From the NCBI GenBank assembly GCA_044222475.1, contig JBGANF010000023.1, forward strand, positions 1 to 64,000: a stretch of 64,000 bases of DNA. Direction: 5' to 3'. The stretch is from Polyangiaceae bacterium (GTDB lineage: Bacteria; Myxococcota_A; Polyangia; Polyangiales; Polyangiaceae). The notes beneath the pieces are model-generated. The model was not told the origin of the DNA, did not search any database, and worked only from the letters and a program-made list of their open reading frames with translations. Each line of letters begins with the position of its first letter. Position 1 is the stretch's first letter. This document shows positions 8,532-17,981 of this stretch, piece after piece. Made by a program: the position numbers and the translations under genes.

Positions 8532-10703
8532 CTACATCGACGAGAAGATCTCGAGCAGCGGCGGGCAGGTCATCATCAGCTCCTGCGCTACGCCGCGATC
8601 GGCGGCGAGGATCAGCGCGCCGCCCTTCGCCGCGCGCACGGTCGCCTTCGCTTTGCCGCCGCCCATGATCTCCTGCGGGTAGAGCACTTCGCCGACGTTG
8701 ATCGTCCCGATGACATCGCCGTCGGCGACGAGCTCGAGGGATCCTTGTCCGACGATGCAGAGCTCCTTGACCGGGGCTCCGCCCTCCATGACGACGCTGC
8801 CCTCTTCGATCTCGCGGAGGGTGAGGCGGCTCGTGACCTGACGCCGCAGCTCGACGTCGAGGTGATCGGCGAGCGGACCGAGCGTCACGCCGACGAGCGC
8901 TTGCACTTGGTTCGCGCGTTCGCGCAGCTCGTCCTCGACCCAGGGGCACGCCTTGAACGCGGGCTCGATCTGCTCCGGCGTCCACGTCGCGACGACCGCG
9001 AGATCGGCCGCGCCCACGAGGCGGAGCGGCGTGCTCTCGGCGAGCGACCCCTTCGCCTTGAGCACCGTTCCGGCGCCGAGTCGCTCGGCCGGCGAGTCGC
9101 TGATCTGCGCCGCGATGTCGACCGAGCCTTCGATGACGTACGCGAGGCCGAAGCCCATCACCTCTTCGTCGCGGCCGAGGCGATGAACGACGCCCACGCG
9201 CTCGAGCTCGGCGCGCGCGTCGTCGGGCAGATCGGTGAGCGCATCCACCGTCGCCAGCGAGAGGCTGCCGGCCGCGGCGGCGGGCTCGGCGGCTACCGGC
9301 GCAGGCTCGGGCGCTGCGGCGACGGGAGCAGGAACGGGCGCGGGCTCGGGCACCGGTGCGGGCTCCGGCTCGGGCGCGGCCGCAACGGGCTCGGGTGCTG
9401 GCTCCGGCTCGGGCGCTGGCTCGGGAGGCGGAGGTGGTGGTGGTGGTGGAGCGGGCTCCGGCTCCGGAGGCCGCTGCGCCTCGCGGGGAAGCTCGGCGAT
9501 CGGAGCCTCCACGGTCGGGAGCTCCAGCTCGGGGAGCGGCGGCGCGATCGCCTCGGGCGGCACGACGGCGGCAGGCGCCTCGACCGTCGGAAGCTCCGGC
9601 GCGGGCTCGGCCGGAGGCGGAGCGATGATGTCGACGATCGGAGCGGACGGCTGCGGGATGGTCACGCCGGGGATCGCCGGCATCTCGACCCGCACCGAGG
9701 TGACGAAGTCGTCGCTGCTCACGTCGACGACGGGGTGCGTGCGATCGGGCGGGCGCACCTCGGTGCCGGCGGCCGAGACGAGCGTGGGCTCGGGTTTCTC
9801 GGTGACGAGCGGAAGCTCGAGCGGAGGGATCGGCTGATCGCTGCGCGTCGTCTCTTCGACGTCGGAGACCATGGGCGGTAGCGCGTCGGCGCGGGGCGTC
9901 GGGTTCGGCACCTCGGGCGAGGTCAACGCCATCTGTCGCATGGGCGGCGGCGGCTTCTTCGGCAGCGGCGGCGGCGGCTTCCCGGGCTTCGTCGGTTTCG
10001 CCGGCTTCGGCGGGCGCGACGGGCGCGGCTTGGAGGGCGCCGCGGCCTGCGGCTTTCGAGTCGAAGCGTGCGCTTGCGCGGCGAGCGTGACGAGCTTCGC
10101 CGACGTGATCACCTCGTCCTCGTACGGAGAGTCGAGCGGCGGCGGCATGTCGACGCGCGGCGCTGGCGGTGGTTCTTTCGGCGCGTCTTGCGCCCACGGA
10201 TCGAGCATGCCGGCGTGCGCCTCGGCCGCCGACGGAACCGCGGTGGGAGGCGTCTCCTCCATCACGCTGCGGAACACCTCCGGCTGCATCGACGACACCG
10301 GCTGCTGCTGCGCGGCACCGACGCTGACGGTCGGTGCTTCGTCGACGTCGACGTCGACGTCGAGGAGGTCGTCGACGCCTGCATCGGGCGAAGGCTCCGC
10401 GGGTGCGGCGCCGAGGAGGTCGTCGACGCCACCGTGATCGCCCGGCGGTGCGGAGGGCGCGGTCGAGTGCGGAACGAGCGGGTTCTGCGCCATCCACTCC
10501 GAGAGCTCGGCGGCGGCGCGCGCGAGCTCGAGCGCGCGATCGTCGGCCTCGGCCTCGCCGGCCGACGTCGCCGCGCGACGCAGCCACACGACCGCGTCCA
10601 CGCGCTCGTCGCGCTTCCAGAGTGTCTCCGCAGTCTGGAGGGCCCACGCAACGTCCTCCGTGTCGTCAGAGCGTGCGGGGGGAATGCCTTGCGAGGAGGT
10701 CAT
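8532..10703 (-). CDS. Cyclic-nucleotide-binding domain protein (two cNMP-like domains) with long Pro/Glu-rich linker
   Basis: N-terminal helical domain (VAWALQTAETLWKR), PEPEP linker, C-terminal cNMP-like segments (ELCIVGQGSLEL...ATVRA). Confidence 0.75.
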   Translation of the reverse strand: MTSSQGIPPARSDDTEDVAWALQTAETLWKRDERVDAVVWLRRAATSAGEAEADDRALELARAAAELSEWMAQNPLVPHSTAPSAPPGDHGGVDDLLGAAPAEPSPDAGVDDLLDVDVDVDEAPTVSVGAAQQQPVSSMQPEVFRSVMEETPPTAVPSAAEAHAGMLDPWAQDAPKEPPPAPRVDMPPPLDSPYEDEVITSAKLVTLAAQAHASTRKPQAAAPSKPRPSRPPKPAKPTKPGKPPPPLPKKPPPPMRQMALTSPEVPNPTPRADALPPMVSDVEETTRSDQPIPPLELPLVTEKPEPTLVSAAGTEVRPPDRTHPVVDVSSDDFVTSVRVEMPAIPGVTIPQPSAPIVDIIAPPPAEPAPELPTVEAPAAVVPPEAIAPPLPELELPTVEAPIAELPREAQRPPEPEPAPPPPPPPPPEPAPEPEPAPEPVAAAPEPEPAPVPEPAPVPAPVAAAPEPAPVAAEPAAAAGSLSLATVDALTDLPDDARAELERVGVVHRLGRDEEVMGFGLAYVIEGSVDIAAQISDSPAERLGAGTVLKAKGSLAESTPLRLVGAADLAVVATWTPEQIEPAFKACPWVEDELRERANQVQALVGVTLGPLADHLDVELRRQVTSRLTLREIEEGSVVMEGGAPVKELCIVGQGSLELVADGDVIGTINVGEVLYPQEIMGGGKAKATVRAAKGGALILAADRGVAQELMMTCPPLLEIFSSM

Positions 10704-10740
10704 CGGGACGAGAGTGCGAAAGCGTACCCCAATTGGCGGG

Positions 10741-11994
10741 TCACGGGGCGAGGTAGTCCACGAAGCCCGCGTCGGAGGCCACGAGCAACGACCCGTCGCC
10801 GAGCAGCGTGAGCGGCGCGTCGACGTCGCCCCCGGCGTCGTATCGGAACACGAGCCCCTGCGGCCCGACCGCGTAGACCGCGTCGTCCTGCGCGCCGAAG
10901 TAGACGACGCCCTCCCGATCCTCGACCGCCCCACCGTGGACGCCGAAGTCCACCGATCCCGTCCCCGGCACGGGGAACACGGCGAACGCGCTCGCGCCGC
11001 GCACCCGCGCTTGCTTCGGCGTCGGTCCATAGACCCCGGCGAGGACGTCTCCGTCGTGGGTGAGGGCGAGCTCGCCGCGAACGTACCCGCCGAGCGGTGC
11101 GCGCCCGACGATCGCGCCGTGCGGGTCGAGGTGCACCACGTCTCCGCCGTCCGTGCCGACCCACACGGAGCCGTCGTCTCCGACGACCGGGGCGCCGTCC
11201 ACGTCGGACCCGAGATCCGTCGCGAAGACCGCCTTGCCGTCACGGATCCCGTAGGCGCGGTCGTCTTGCGACCCCACGACGACGAGACCGTCGTCCGTGA
11301 CCGCGGGGGCGGTGAACACCTTCCCCTTGGCTCGAAAGCGCCAGGCGATCTCCCCACCGCGACGCACCGCGTACACCGTCGCGCCCGCGGCGAAGTAGAC
11401 GACGCCGTTCGCGATCGCGCACGCCGTGTCGGCCTCGCCGTCCACTTCGAGCCGAAACGCCACGACCCCGTCGGGCCGAACGCCGAGGAACTCCTTCGCA
11501 TCGCTGCCGACGTAGACGGTGCCGTCGGCGCCCACGCACGGCGCGCCGTACGCGCGGTCGCGAAGACGCACGACGAATCGCTCCTTCCCCTGCCGGTCGA
11601 GCGCGACGAGCTCGCCTCCCAACGTGGCGACGTAGAACGTCTGCTCGTCGGGCGATGTGACCACTTGTCCCTGAATGGGACCACGCACGTTCGCGCGCCA
11701 CGTGCGCGTCGCCGCCCGCGGGCCGCGGGCCTCCGATCGATGTCGGCGCGTCGGGCCTCCGTGCGCCATCGTGACCGGCACGAACGCCCCCGCGTCCGCC
11801 GCCGCGGGCGCGTGCGCGATCGACGGCGCACTCGCGCTCGCCGAGCTCGACGAGTCCGCCCGCGACACGCCGGCCGCGGGCGGCGAGCGCCGCGTGCGCA
11901 GCTTGCCGACGACGATCACCACCGCGAGGCTGACGAGGAGGGCGAGCGGAAGGAACCGCAGCGCGCTCGCTGCGCCGTGGCGCGCCCGACTCAC
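10741..11994 (-). CDS. Membrane-anchored PQQ-like beta-propeller protein
   Basis: N-terminal TM; repeated propeller blades (P.V..DG.VYVGS, W.F); GTG start overlaps the upstream TGA. Confidence 0.85.
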   Translation of the reverse strand: MSRARHGAASALRFLPLALLVSLAVVIVVGKLRTRRSPPAAGVSRADSSSSASASAPSIAHAPAAADAGAFVPVTMAHGGPTRRHRSEARGPRAATRTWRANVRGPIQGQVVTSPDEQTFYVATLGGELVALDRQGKERFVVRLRDRAYGAPCVGADGTVYVGSDAKEFLGVRPDGVVAFRLEVDGEADTACAIANGVVYFAAGATVYAVRRGGEIAWRFRAKGKVFTAPAVTDDGLVVVGSQDDRAYGIRDGKAVFATDLGSDVDGAPVVGDDGSVWVGTDGGDVVHLDPHGAIVGRAPLGGYVRGELALTHDGDVLAGVYGPTPKQARVRGASAFAVFPVPGTGSVDFGVHGGAVEDREGVVYFGAQDDAVYAVGPQGLVFRYDAGGDVDAPLTLLGDGSLLVASDAGFVDYLAP

Positions 11995-12443
11995 CGCGCG
12001 CGGCGGCGGGGAACGCTGATCCGTCGCTCGCTCTCGGCGTGCTGCGGGTCGCTGGAGCCGTTGCGCTCGGTGCTCGGCGGCTCGTCGTCGTTGGCGCGCG
12101 CGCGCGCGCTTCGAGCGCGCACGGCCTCTTCGACACCGATCGCGTGCGGCGTCTCGCCGGGGAAGCGGCGCGCGAGCCAACCGATCAGCTCGAGCGCGGC
12201 GGCGCGCGTCGAGTCGGGCACGACGGGTTCGCGAACGATGCGCGAGATCTCGCCGATGAGGCGCGCTCGCACTTCTTCGCTCCCGACGTTGCAGCCGAGC
12301 TTCGCCGGCAACGGCCAGCGCGGTGCAGAACAGGAGGCCGGGCCGCTGCTGGCCACGGCTTCGACGCGCTCGTCCGTCGCCGCGCACTCGGGTGCGCGGG
12401 GGATGAGGCGTTCGGATCGCATACGTAGGTTGCGCGCGCTCAT
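11991..12443 (-). CDS. Hypothetical protein
   Basis: 150-aa ORF coupled (GTGA) to the downstream gene; helical core (RARLIGEISRIVRE...AALELIGWLARR). Start uncertain. Confidence 0.55.
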   Translation of the reverse strand: MSARNLRMRSERLIPRAPECAATDERVEAVASSGPASCSAPRWPLPAKLGCNVGSEEVRARLIGEISRIVREPVVPDSTRAAALELIGWLARRFPGETPHAIGVEEAVRARSARARANDDEPPSTERNGSSDPQHAESERRISVPRRRAR

Positions 12444-12595
12444 TCGGGCGCGCTCACGGACATGGAGAGTTTTGTCATCCCGGGCGCTCGTCCAGCGGAG
12501 GTACTGTATCGCGTTCTACGCCATCGTCGAGCCATCTGTCCTCCCCTCCCCTCGTCAGATGTCAGATCCGTTTCTGCCGTAAGATTCCGTTCTCA

Positions 12596-15280
12596 CTAAA
12601 TCGAGCTGATCAGGACCTCGCGGTCTTTCGAGCCGTTCGCAGGGCCCACGATCCCCTGCTTTTCCATCATTTCGACGATCCTCGCGGCCCGGTTGTACCC
12701 GAGCCCGAGCTTCCGCTGGAGCCACGAGGTGGAGCAGCGGCGGGTGTCGGCGACCATGCGCACCGCGTCGTCGTACATGGAGTCCTTCTCCATTTCGGCG
12801 TCGTCCGAGGCGCCCTCGTCGTCGTCGCGCGGCTTCAAGATGTTCTCGTCGTAGACCGGCTCCCCTTGGGCGCGGAGGTGATCGGTGACCGACTGCACCT
12901 CTTCCTCGGTGACCATCGGGCACTGCACGCGCTTCGTGTCGTTCGTTCCGTTGAGCTTGATCAGCATGTCGCCGCGCCCGAGCAGGTGCTCGGCGCCTTG
13001 CTCGTCGAGGATCGTGCGGCTGTCGACCTTCTGCGCGACGCGGAACGCGACGCGGGTCGGGAAGTTCGCTTTGATCATGCCGGTGATCACGTCCACGCTC
13101 GGGCGTTGCGTCGCGAGGATGACGTGCATCCCGGCGGCGCGCGCCTTCTGAGCCAAACGCGCCACCGCCGCTTCGACTTCCTTGCCCTGCTGCATCATGA
13201 GGTCGGCGAACTCGTCGACGACGATGACGATCGACGCGAGGCGCTCGGGGAGCGGCTGCTCGCCCTCGTCACTGCCGAGCTCGGGCGCGATCTCGTCGGG
13301 GAGGCCGTTGTGATCCTTCCCGACGACCTTCTTCGGGAGCGGATTCTTCGCCTCGCCGCGGCAGACGCGGTCGACCCAGCCGTTGTAGGTGACGAGGTTC
13401 TTCGTCCCCGCATCGGCGAAGAGTTGGTAGCGGCGCTCCATCTCGTCGACCGCCCATTTGAGCGCGTTCGCCGCCTGCTTCATGTCGGTCACGACCGGCA
13501 GCAGCATGTGGGGGATGCGATCGAACGGCGCGAGCTCGACCACCTTCGGATCGATCATGAGGAGGCGCAGCTCCTCCGGCGTGCGCCGGTAGAGGAGCGA
13601 CGTCAGCATGACGTTGAGCCCGACGCTCTTTCCGGCGCCGGTCGCGCCAGCCACGATGACGTGAGGCATGCTCGCGAGGTCGGCGTACACCGGGTGACCC
13701 TGGATGTCGCGACCGAGGACGACCGGCAGCGGCGAGGTCATCGCCTGGAAGCGCGCGTCCTCGATCAGATCGCGCAGGTTCACGGGGATGCGCCGCTCGT
13801 TCGGAATCTCGAAGCCGACCCGGTTCTTCCCGGGGATCGGCGCGATGATGCGAACCTTGGTCGCGAGCGACATGCCGAGATCGTCGACGAGACCCGCGAC
13901 CTTGGAGACCTTCGTCCCTTCGGCCATCGAGCACTCGAACGTCGTGACCGTCGGCCCGGGCAGCACCTCTTCGACCTTGCCTTTGACGCCGTAGACGGCG
14001 AGCGCCTTCTCCAGCTTCTGCGCGACCTCGTAGAGCTTCTCCTTGTCGATCACTGGCGTCATCCCAGGTTGGGATGCTTCGAGGAAGTCCGCCTTGGGGA
14101 GGACGAAGCTCGATCGCGCCTTGTCGGCCTTGGTCGGCTTGGCTTCTTTCTTCTCGAGCGCCGCCGACGTGTCGACGATCGTGAGGAGGTCGTCCTTCCC
14201 CTCTTTCTCTTTCTCCTTCTTCGGGCGCGCCTTCTTCACACGCACGGGCTCGTCGCCGTCGAGAAGCGCGGCCTCGAGCGGATCCGGGCTCGCCTCCAGA
14301 GCGGGCATCTCCGACTCGATCGGCATCGCCGCCACGGCGGGCTCGCTCTTCTTCCGCGTGCGCTTCGGCTTGATCTCTTCCAGCGTCCCGGCGCCCACGG
14401 TGAGGCGCGGCGCCGGCGTCTCCGATCCGATGCTCGCGGCGAGCGCCATCGACATCGGCATCGTCGCGTCGTCGCGCTCGGTGTCGAGCGGCGATCCGTC
14501 GGTGGTGGGCTCGAGGATCGCGATCGCAGCGAGATCGTCCTTGGGTTCGACGACGACCGGGAGCTTCGCGATGCGCTCTTTCTCCGCCTTCTCGCGCTCG
14601 AGCTGCCGCGCCGTCTGCCACGCTTCCGCGACCGAGCGCGCACCTCGCGCGGTGCCCTCGGCGCTCGTCTTGCCCAGCCGCGCAATCAGCTCGAGCAACG
14701 CGATGAACGAGAACGACGCACGACCGATGAGGATGAGCCCGAGGCACGCGAACCCGACGAGGAACGAACCCACCGTCGAGAAGAGCGAGCGACCGAGCTC
14801 ACCGAAGAGCTCCCCGACCACGCCGGCCGACGAGTGCGCGTCGAACGATCGGGCACCAGGCCACCCGACTTGGACGAGCGCCGCGGCGACGATCGCGATC
14901 AGCAGATCGCCGGCGACCCGCGCCGGCGTCACGAGGCTGTCCTTGCCGCGGACGAACGGGATGCCGAGCAGCGCGAGCTCGAGCGGCAGCGCCCAAGCGA
15001 CGACGCCGACCAAGTAGACGAGCCCGTGCGCGCACGCTTCGCCGACGGGGCCGACCCAGTTCGCGCCGGACGTGCCGAGCGCGGGGTCACCGCCGAACGA
15101 CGCGAGCGCGAGGACCAGGAAGACCGCCCCGACCCAGAGGAGGAGCGCGGCTACCTCGCGACCGCGTGCGTGCGTCACCCCCGACCCGACGATGCGCGAA
15201 AGCCCCGGCAACTTGGTGTTGGCCGGCACGTCGGCGGTTCCAAGGCGGGGAGGCCGGGGAGAGAAGAGCGGTAGTCCCAT
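12596..15280 (-). CDS. ftsK: DNA translocase FtsK
   Basis: N-terminal 4TM domain, Walker A GATGAGKS, MIDPK, VVDEFADLMM, LATQRPSVDVITG, gamma domain STSWLQRKLGLGYNRAAR. Confidence 0.98.
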   Translation of the reverse strand: MGLPLFSPRPPRLGTADVPANTKLPGLSRIVGSGVTHARGREVAALLLWVGAVFLVLALASFGGDPALGTSGANWVGPVGEACAHGLVYLVGVVAWALPLELALLGIPFVRGKDSLVTPARVAGDLLIAIVAAALVQVGWPGARSFDAHSSAGVVGELFGELGRSLFSTVGSFLVGFACLGLILIGRASFSFIALLELIARLGKTSAEGTARGARSVAEAWQTARQLEREKAEKERIAKLPVVVEPKDDLAAIAILEPTTDGSPLDTERDDATMPMSMALAASIGSETPAPRLTVGAGTLEEIKPKRTRKKSEPAVAAMPIESEMPALEASPDPLEAALLDGDEPVRVKKARPKKEKEKEGKDDLLTIVDTSAALEKKEAKPTKADKARSSFVLPKADFLEASQPGMTPVIDKEKLYEVAQKLEKALAVYGVKGKVEEVLPGPTVTTFECSMAEGTKVSKVAGLVDDLGMSLATKVRIIAPIPGKNRVGFEIPNERRIPVNLRDLIEDARFQAMTSPLPVVLGRDIQGHPVYADLASMPHVIVAGATGAGKSVGLNVMLTSLLYRRTPEELRLLMIDPKVVELAPFDRIPHMLLPVVTDMKQAANALKWAVDEMERRYQLFADAGTKNLVTYNGWVDRVCRGEAKNPLPKKVVGKDHNGLPDEIAPELGSDEGEQPLPERLASIVIVVDEFADLMMQQGKEVEAAVARLAQKARAAGMHVILATQRPSVDVITGMIKANFPTRVAFRVAQKVDSRTILDEQGAEHLLGRGDMLIKLNGTNDTKRVQCPMVTEEEVQSVTDHLRAQGEPVYDENILKPRDDDEGASDDAEMEKDSMYDDAVRMVADTRRCSTSWLQRKLGLGYNRAARIVEMMEKQGIVGPANGSKDREVLISSI

Positions 15281-15523
15281 TCGTACTTTACCCTACATTG
15301 GACCCTACAGTCGGGGCGGGGAGCGGGCCAAGTTTGGGACGGGACGAGACGCGAAACGTTAACCGTTTCGTTTCTTTGCGAAAGCGCTTCTGGGCGCGTC
15401 ATGATGCGCTTACCATGGCGCACGGGCGCGGAGGACGTACGCTCCCCGCCCGCCCAGGTCGCCCCCCGCCTCACGAGCTTCGTGAAGGAGGGTGTGCGTA
15501 TCGCCTTAGGAGATGACGACGAG

Positions 15524-17122
15524 ATGGTGGATAGGTCGAGGAAGTCGACGCTGAAGCACATCGGACGACTGGTCCTCCTGGCCGGCCTTGCAGCGACGGC
15601 GCCCGCGTTGAGCGGTTGCGCAGTGAGCAAGGACGACGTGCATCGCTGGGAGGGAACCGAACGGGGGCCGGAGAAGCTGGTCGCGGTCGTCACGCACGAC
15701 AAGTACGCGCTCGAGCTCCGCACGGAAGCTGCGCTGTCCCTCATTCGCATGAAGCCGCGCAACGGCAAGCGCATCGGCATCGACATGATGCTGCACGCGC
15801 TCGAGGGGCTCGACGAAGAGTCGCGCAAGAAGATCGTCAACGGCATGGTCCCCGAGCTCGTGAAGAACATCGAGGCCCCTGCGCCAGCACGCACTCCCGA
15901 AGGTGCCGTGCCGCCGGACCCGTCCATCCCGTACAAGGACGCGACGTTCGGCATGCTCTCCCACGAGCCTCCGCTCGCAACCGACGAGAAGGCCAAGGCC
16001 GACCTCGTGGCTGCGCTCATCAAGTGGGTCCAGACCGACTTCGAGGCCCGCATCGAGAACAGCGCGCAGGCCTACGGTGTCGAGCAAATGGCTCGTTTTC
16101 TCGGCGCTCCCGCGGTGAAGGGGCTGCCGCCGCTGATGAACGACAACTCGACCAAGATCGATCGCATCGCCGGTCTCATCGCCGACATCGGCGACGCCGA
16201 GACGAAGACGAAGGGCGGTGAGCAGCTCGTCGCGCTCGCGAAGCTCATCGACTCCCCCGCCTGGATCGAAAAGCAGAAGGGCCTCGTCAACGAGGCGAAC
16301 AAGAAGGCCGGCAACACCGTGTCGCCGGAAGCTCTCCAGAAGCAGCTCACGATCTTCCAGGATCAAGAGCTGACGAAGGTGTTCGCGGCGATGAAGCGCA
16401 TCGGCGGCCGCGCGGTCGTCGAGTACTGCCTCGTGTACAGCGCGAACAAGCAGAACTCGGAAGATCGACGCAAGGCATCGCTCGCCGCGCTCGAAGGTCG
16501 CATCGAGAAGGGCAACACCGCCGACATCGACAAGATCTTCGAGATCGCCAAGGACGAATCGACGCCGGACTCGATCCGCAGCCTCGCGTTCAACCGTCTC
16601 GGCGAGCTGCCGAAGGAGCAGGTCGTCCCCAAGCTCTACACCCTCTTCGACAACAAGCGCTGGAAGGTCCGCTGGGTGGCCGCCGAGCTCGTCCTCAAGA
16701 CGATGACGACCAAGGGCCTACCCGACTTCATGCGGAAGCTCCCGGCCAGCGCCATCACCAAGATGGGCATGTCGGAGCCGATCACCTACGCCGGCGTCAT
16801 CCAGAAGATGGAGGCGCCGAAGGGCGAACCGAGCCCGAAAGACGCGATCGCGCCCTACCTCGGGGCTCGAGAGCTCGGGCCGAAGCTGGTCGCCCTGGCT
16901 TTCTACTACGGCGGCAAGAAATCCGACCTCTCCGTGATACAATCGTACGAGAGCGACAGGACCCCGGTGCCGAAATGCGAGACCGACGATCAATGTGGTT
17001 GGTCGTGCGACGTGCCCAAGGCGGGCGCGGCACCAGGCTCCAACGAGACCGAAACGAAGACCATCGGCACGGTGGGGGAATTCGTGAAATACTGCGTGGA
17101 GCCGTCGTTGACGGACAAGTGA
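15524..17122 (+). CDS. Alpha-helical (HEAT/ARM-like) lipoprotein, hypothetical
   Basis: Lipobox LSGC; HEAT-like repeats (LRTEAALSL, IRSLAFNRLGEL, VRWVAAELV); C-terminal Cys cluster. Start inferred from upstream AGGAG. Confidence 0.75.
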   Translation: MVDRSRKSTLKHIGRLVLLAGLAATAPALSGCAVSKDDVHRWEGTERGPEKLVAVVTHDKYALELRTEAALSLIRMKPRNGKRIGIDMMLHALEGLDEESRKKIVNGMVPELVKNIEAPAPARTPEGAVPPDPSIPYKDATFGMLSHEPPLATDEKAKADLVAALIKWVQTDFEARIENSAQAYGVEQMARFLGAPAVKGLPPLMNDNSTKIDRIAGLIADIGDAETKTKGGEQLVALAKLIDSPAWIEKQKGLVNEANKKAGNTVSPEALQKQLTIFQDQELTKVFAAMKRIGGRAVVEYCLVYSANKQNSEDRRKASLAALEGRIEKGNTADIDKIFEIAKDESTPDSIRSLAFNRLGELPKEQVVPKLYTLFDNKRWKVRWVAAELVLKTMTTKGLPDFMRKLPASAITKMGMSEPITYAGVIQKMEAPKGEPSPKDAIAPYLGARELGPKLVALAFYYGGKKSDLSVIQSYESDRTPVPKCETDDQCGWSCDVPKAGAAPGSNETETKTIGTVGEFVKYCVEPSLTDK

Positions 17123-17135
17123 GGCGCACGGGCAG

Positions 17136-17981
17136 ATGAGCTCCGATCCGAACAAGAAGAGCACGCGTCAGTTCCAGTGCCGCGACGTCCTCTGGGAGAC
17201 GTTCGAGCAGATGGCGCGCGAGCTCGAGTGCAGTGTCGACTATCTGATCAACGAAGCGATGAAGCAGTACGCGCGGCAGCGCAGCTACGGGCCGGGCGCG
17301 ACACGCACGCCGTTCCCGAGCCAAGCGCCACGCGAGGCATACCCGCAGCCGGCAGCAGCGAACACGTACACCGGTCAGTCGATGCAGATGCCGCAGCCGC
17401 CGATGCGCAGCGGAGGTGGTCTGCCTCCTCCGCCAACCGGTCGGATGCCGCTTCCGCCGCCGAACCGTCCGTCGTCCGCGGGGCTCCCGATGCCGCCGCC
17501 GCGCGGCATGCCGCAGTCGTCGCCGATCTCGCCGCCGGCAGGCCGCATCTCCTCGCTGCCCACGCCGCCGCCGCCGATGGCGCGCGAGTCGCGCCCGCCG
17601 CCTCCCCCGCCGGCTCCGTCGCGAAGCGTTCCTCCGCCCATCCCGGGTCGGCAGCCGGGCGGTGGCGGTGGATACAACGGCGCGTACGCGCAGGCTCCGG
17701 CCGCGCAGCTCAGTGTCATCTATCAAGGCGAGCGCACGTCGGTCACGAAGGAGCGCTTCGTCATCGGCCGCGGCAAGCAGTCGAGCGACTTGACGCTCAA
17801 GGATCCGAACGTGTCGCGCCAACACGCGATGGTGGAGTTCCAGAACGGCGTCTACTTCATGGTGGACATGGGGTCGACGAACGGCGTCGAGTACAACGGT
17901 CAGCGCATCGCACGAAAGCAGATCGCCGAAGGCGACGTCTTCCGCATCTGCGATCACGAAGTCCGCTTCACCTACCGCTGA
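17136..17981 (+). CDS. FHA-domain protein with N-terminal ribbon-helix-helix-like domain
   Basis: C-terminal FHA (IGR, VSRQHA, DMGSTNG); N-terminal RQFQCRDVLWETFEQMARELECSVDYLINEAMKQY fits the RHH pattern; Pro-rich linker. Confidence 0.85.
   Translation: MSSDPNKKSTRQFQCRDVLWETFEQMARELECSVDYLINEAMKQYARQRSYGPGATRTPFPSQAPREAYPQPAAANTYTGQSMQMPQPPMRSGGGLPPPPTGRMPLPPPNRPSSAGLPMPPPRGMPQSSPISPPAGRISSLPTPPPPMARESRPPPPPPAPSRSVPPPIPGRQPGGGGGYNGAYAQAPAAQLSVIYQGERTSVTKERFVIGRGKQSSDLTLKDPNVSRQHAMVEFQNGVYFMVDMGSTNGVEYNGQRIARKQIAEGDVFRICDHEVRFTYR

Noticed and set aside
9290..9480. GGCTCG/GGCTCC and GGT repeats as an independent DNA repeat element
   Set aside because: Explained by the encoded PEPEP/poly-Pro linker.
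8182..11831. 821-aa and 1099-aa ORFs as listed
   Set aside because: Arg/Ala/Pro-rich shadow frames. The real gene starts at 10703, and the upstream part overlaps the PQQ-propeller gene in another frame.
12866..15274. 802-aa antisense ORF to ftsK, and similar antisense ORFs across the window
   Set aside because: Typical stop-poor antisense frames caused by GC3 codon bias; no motifs.
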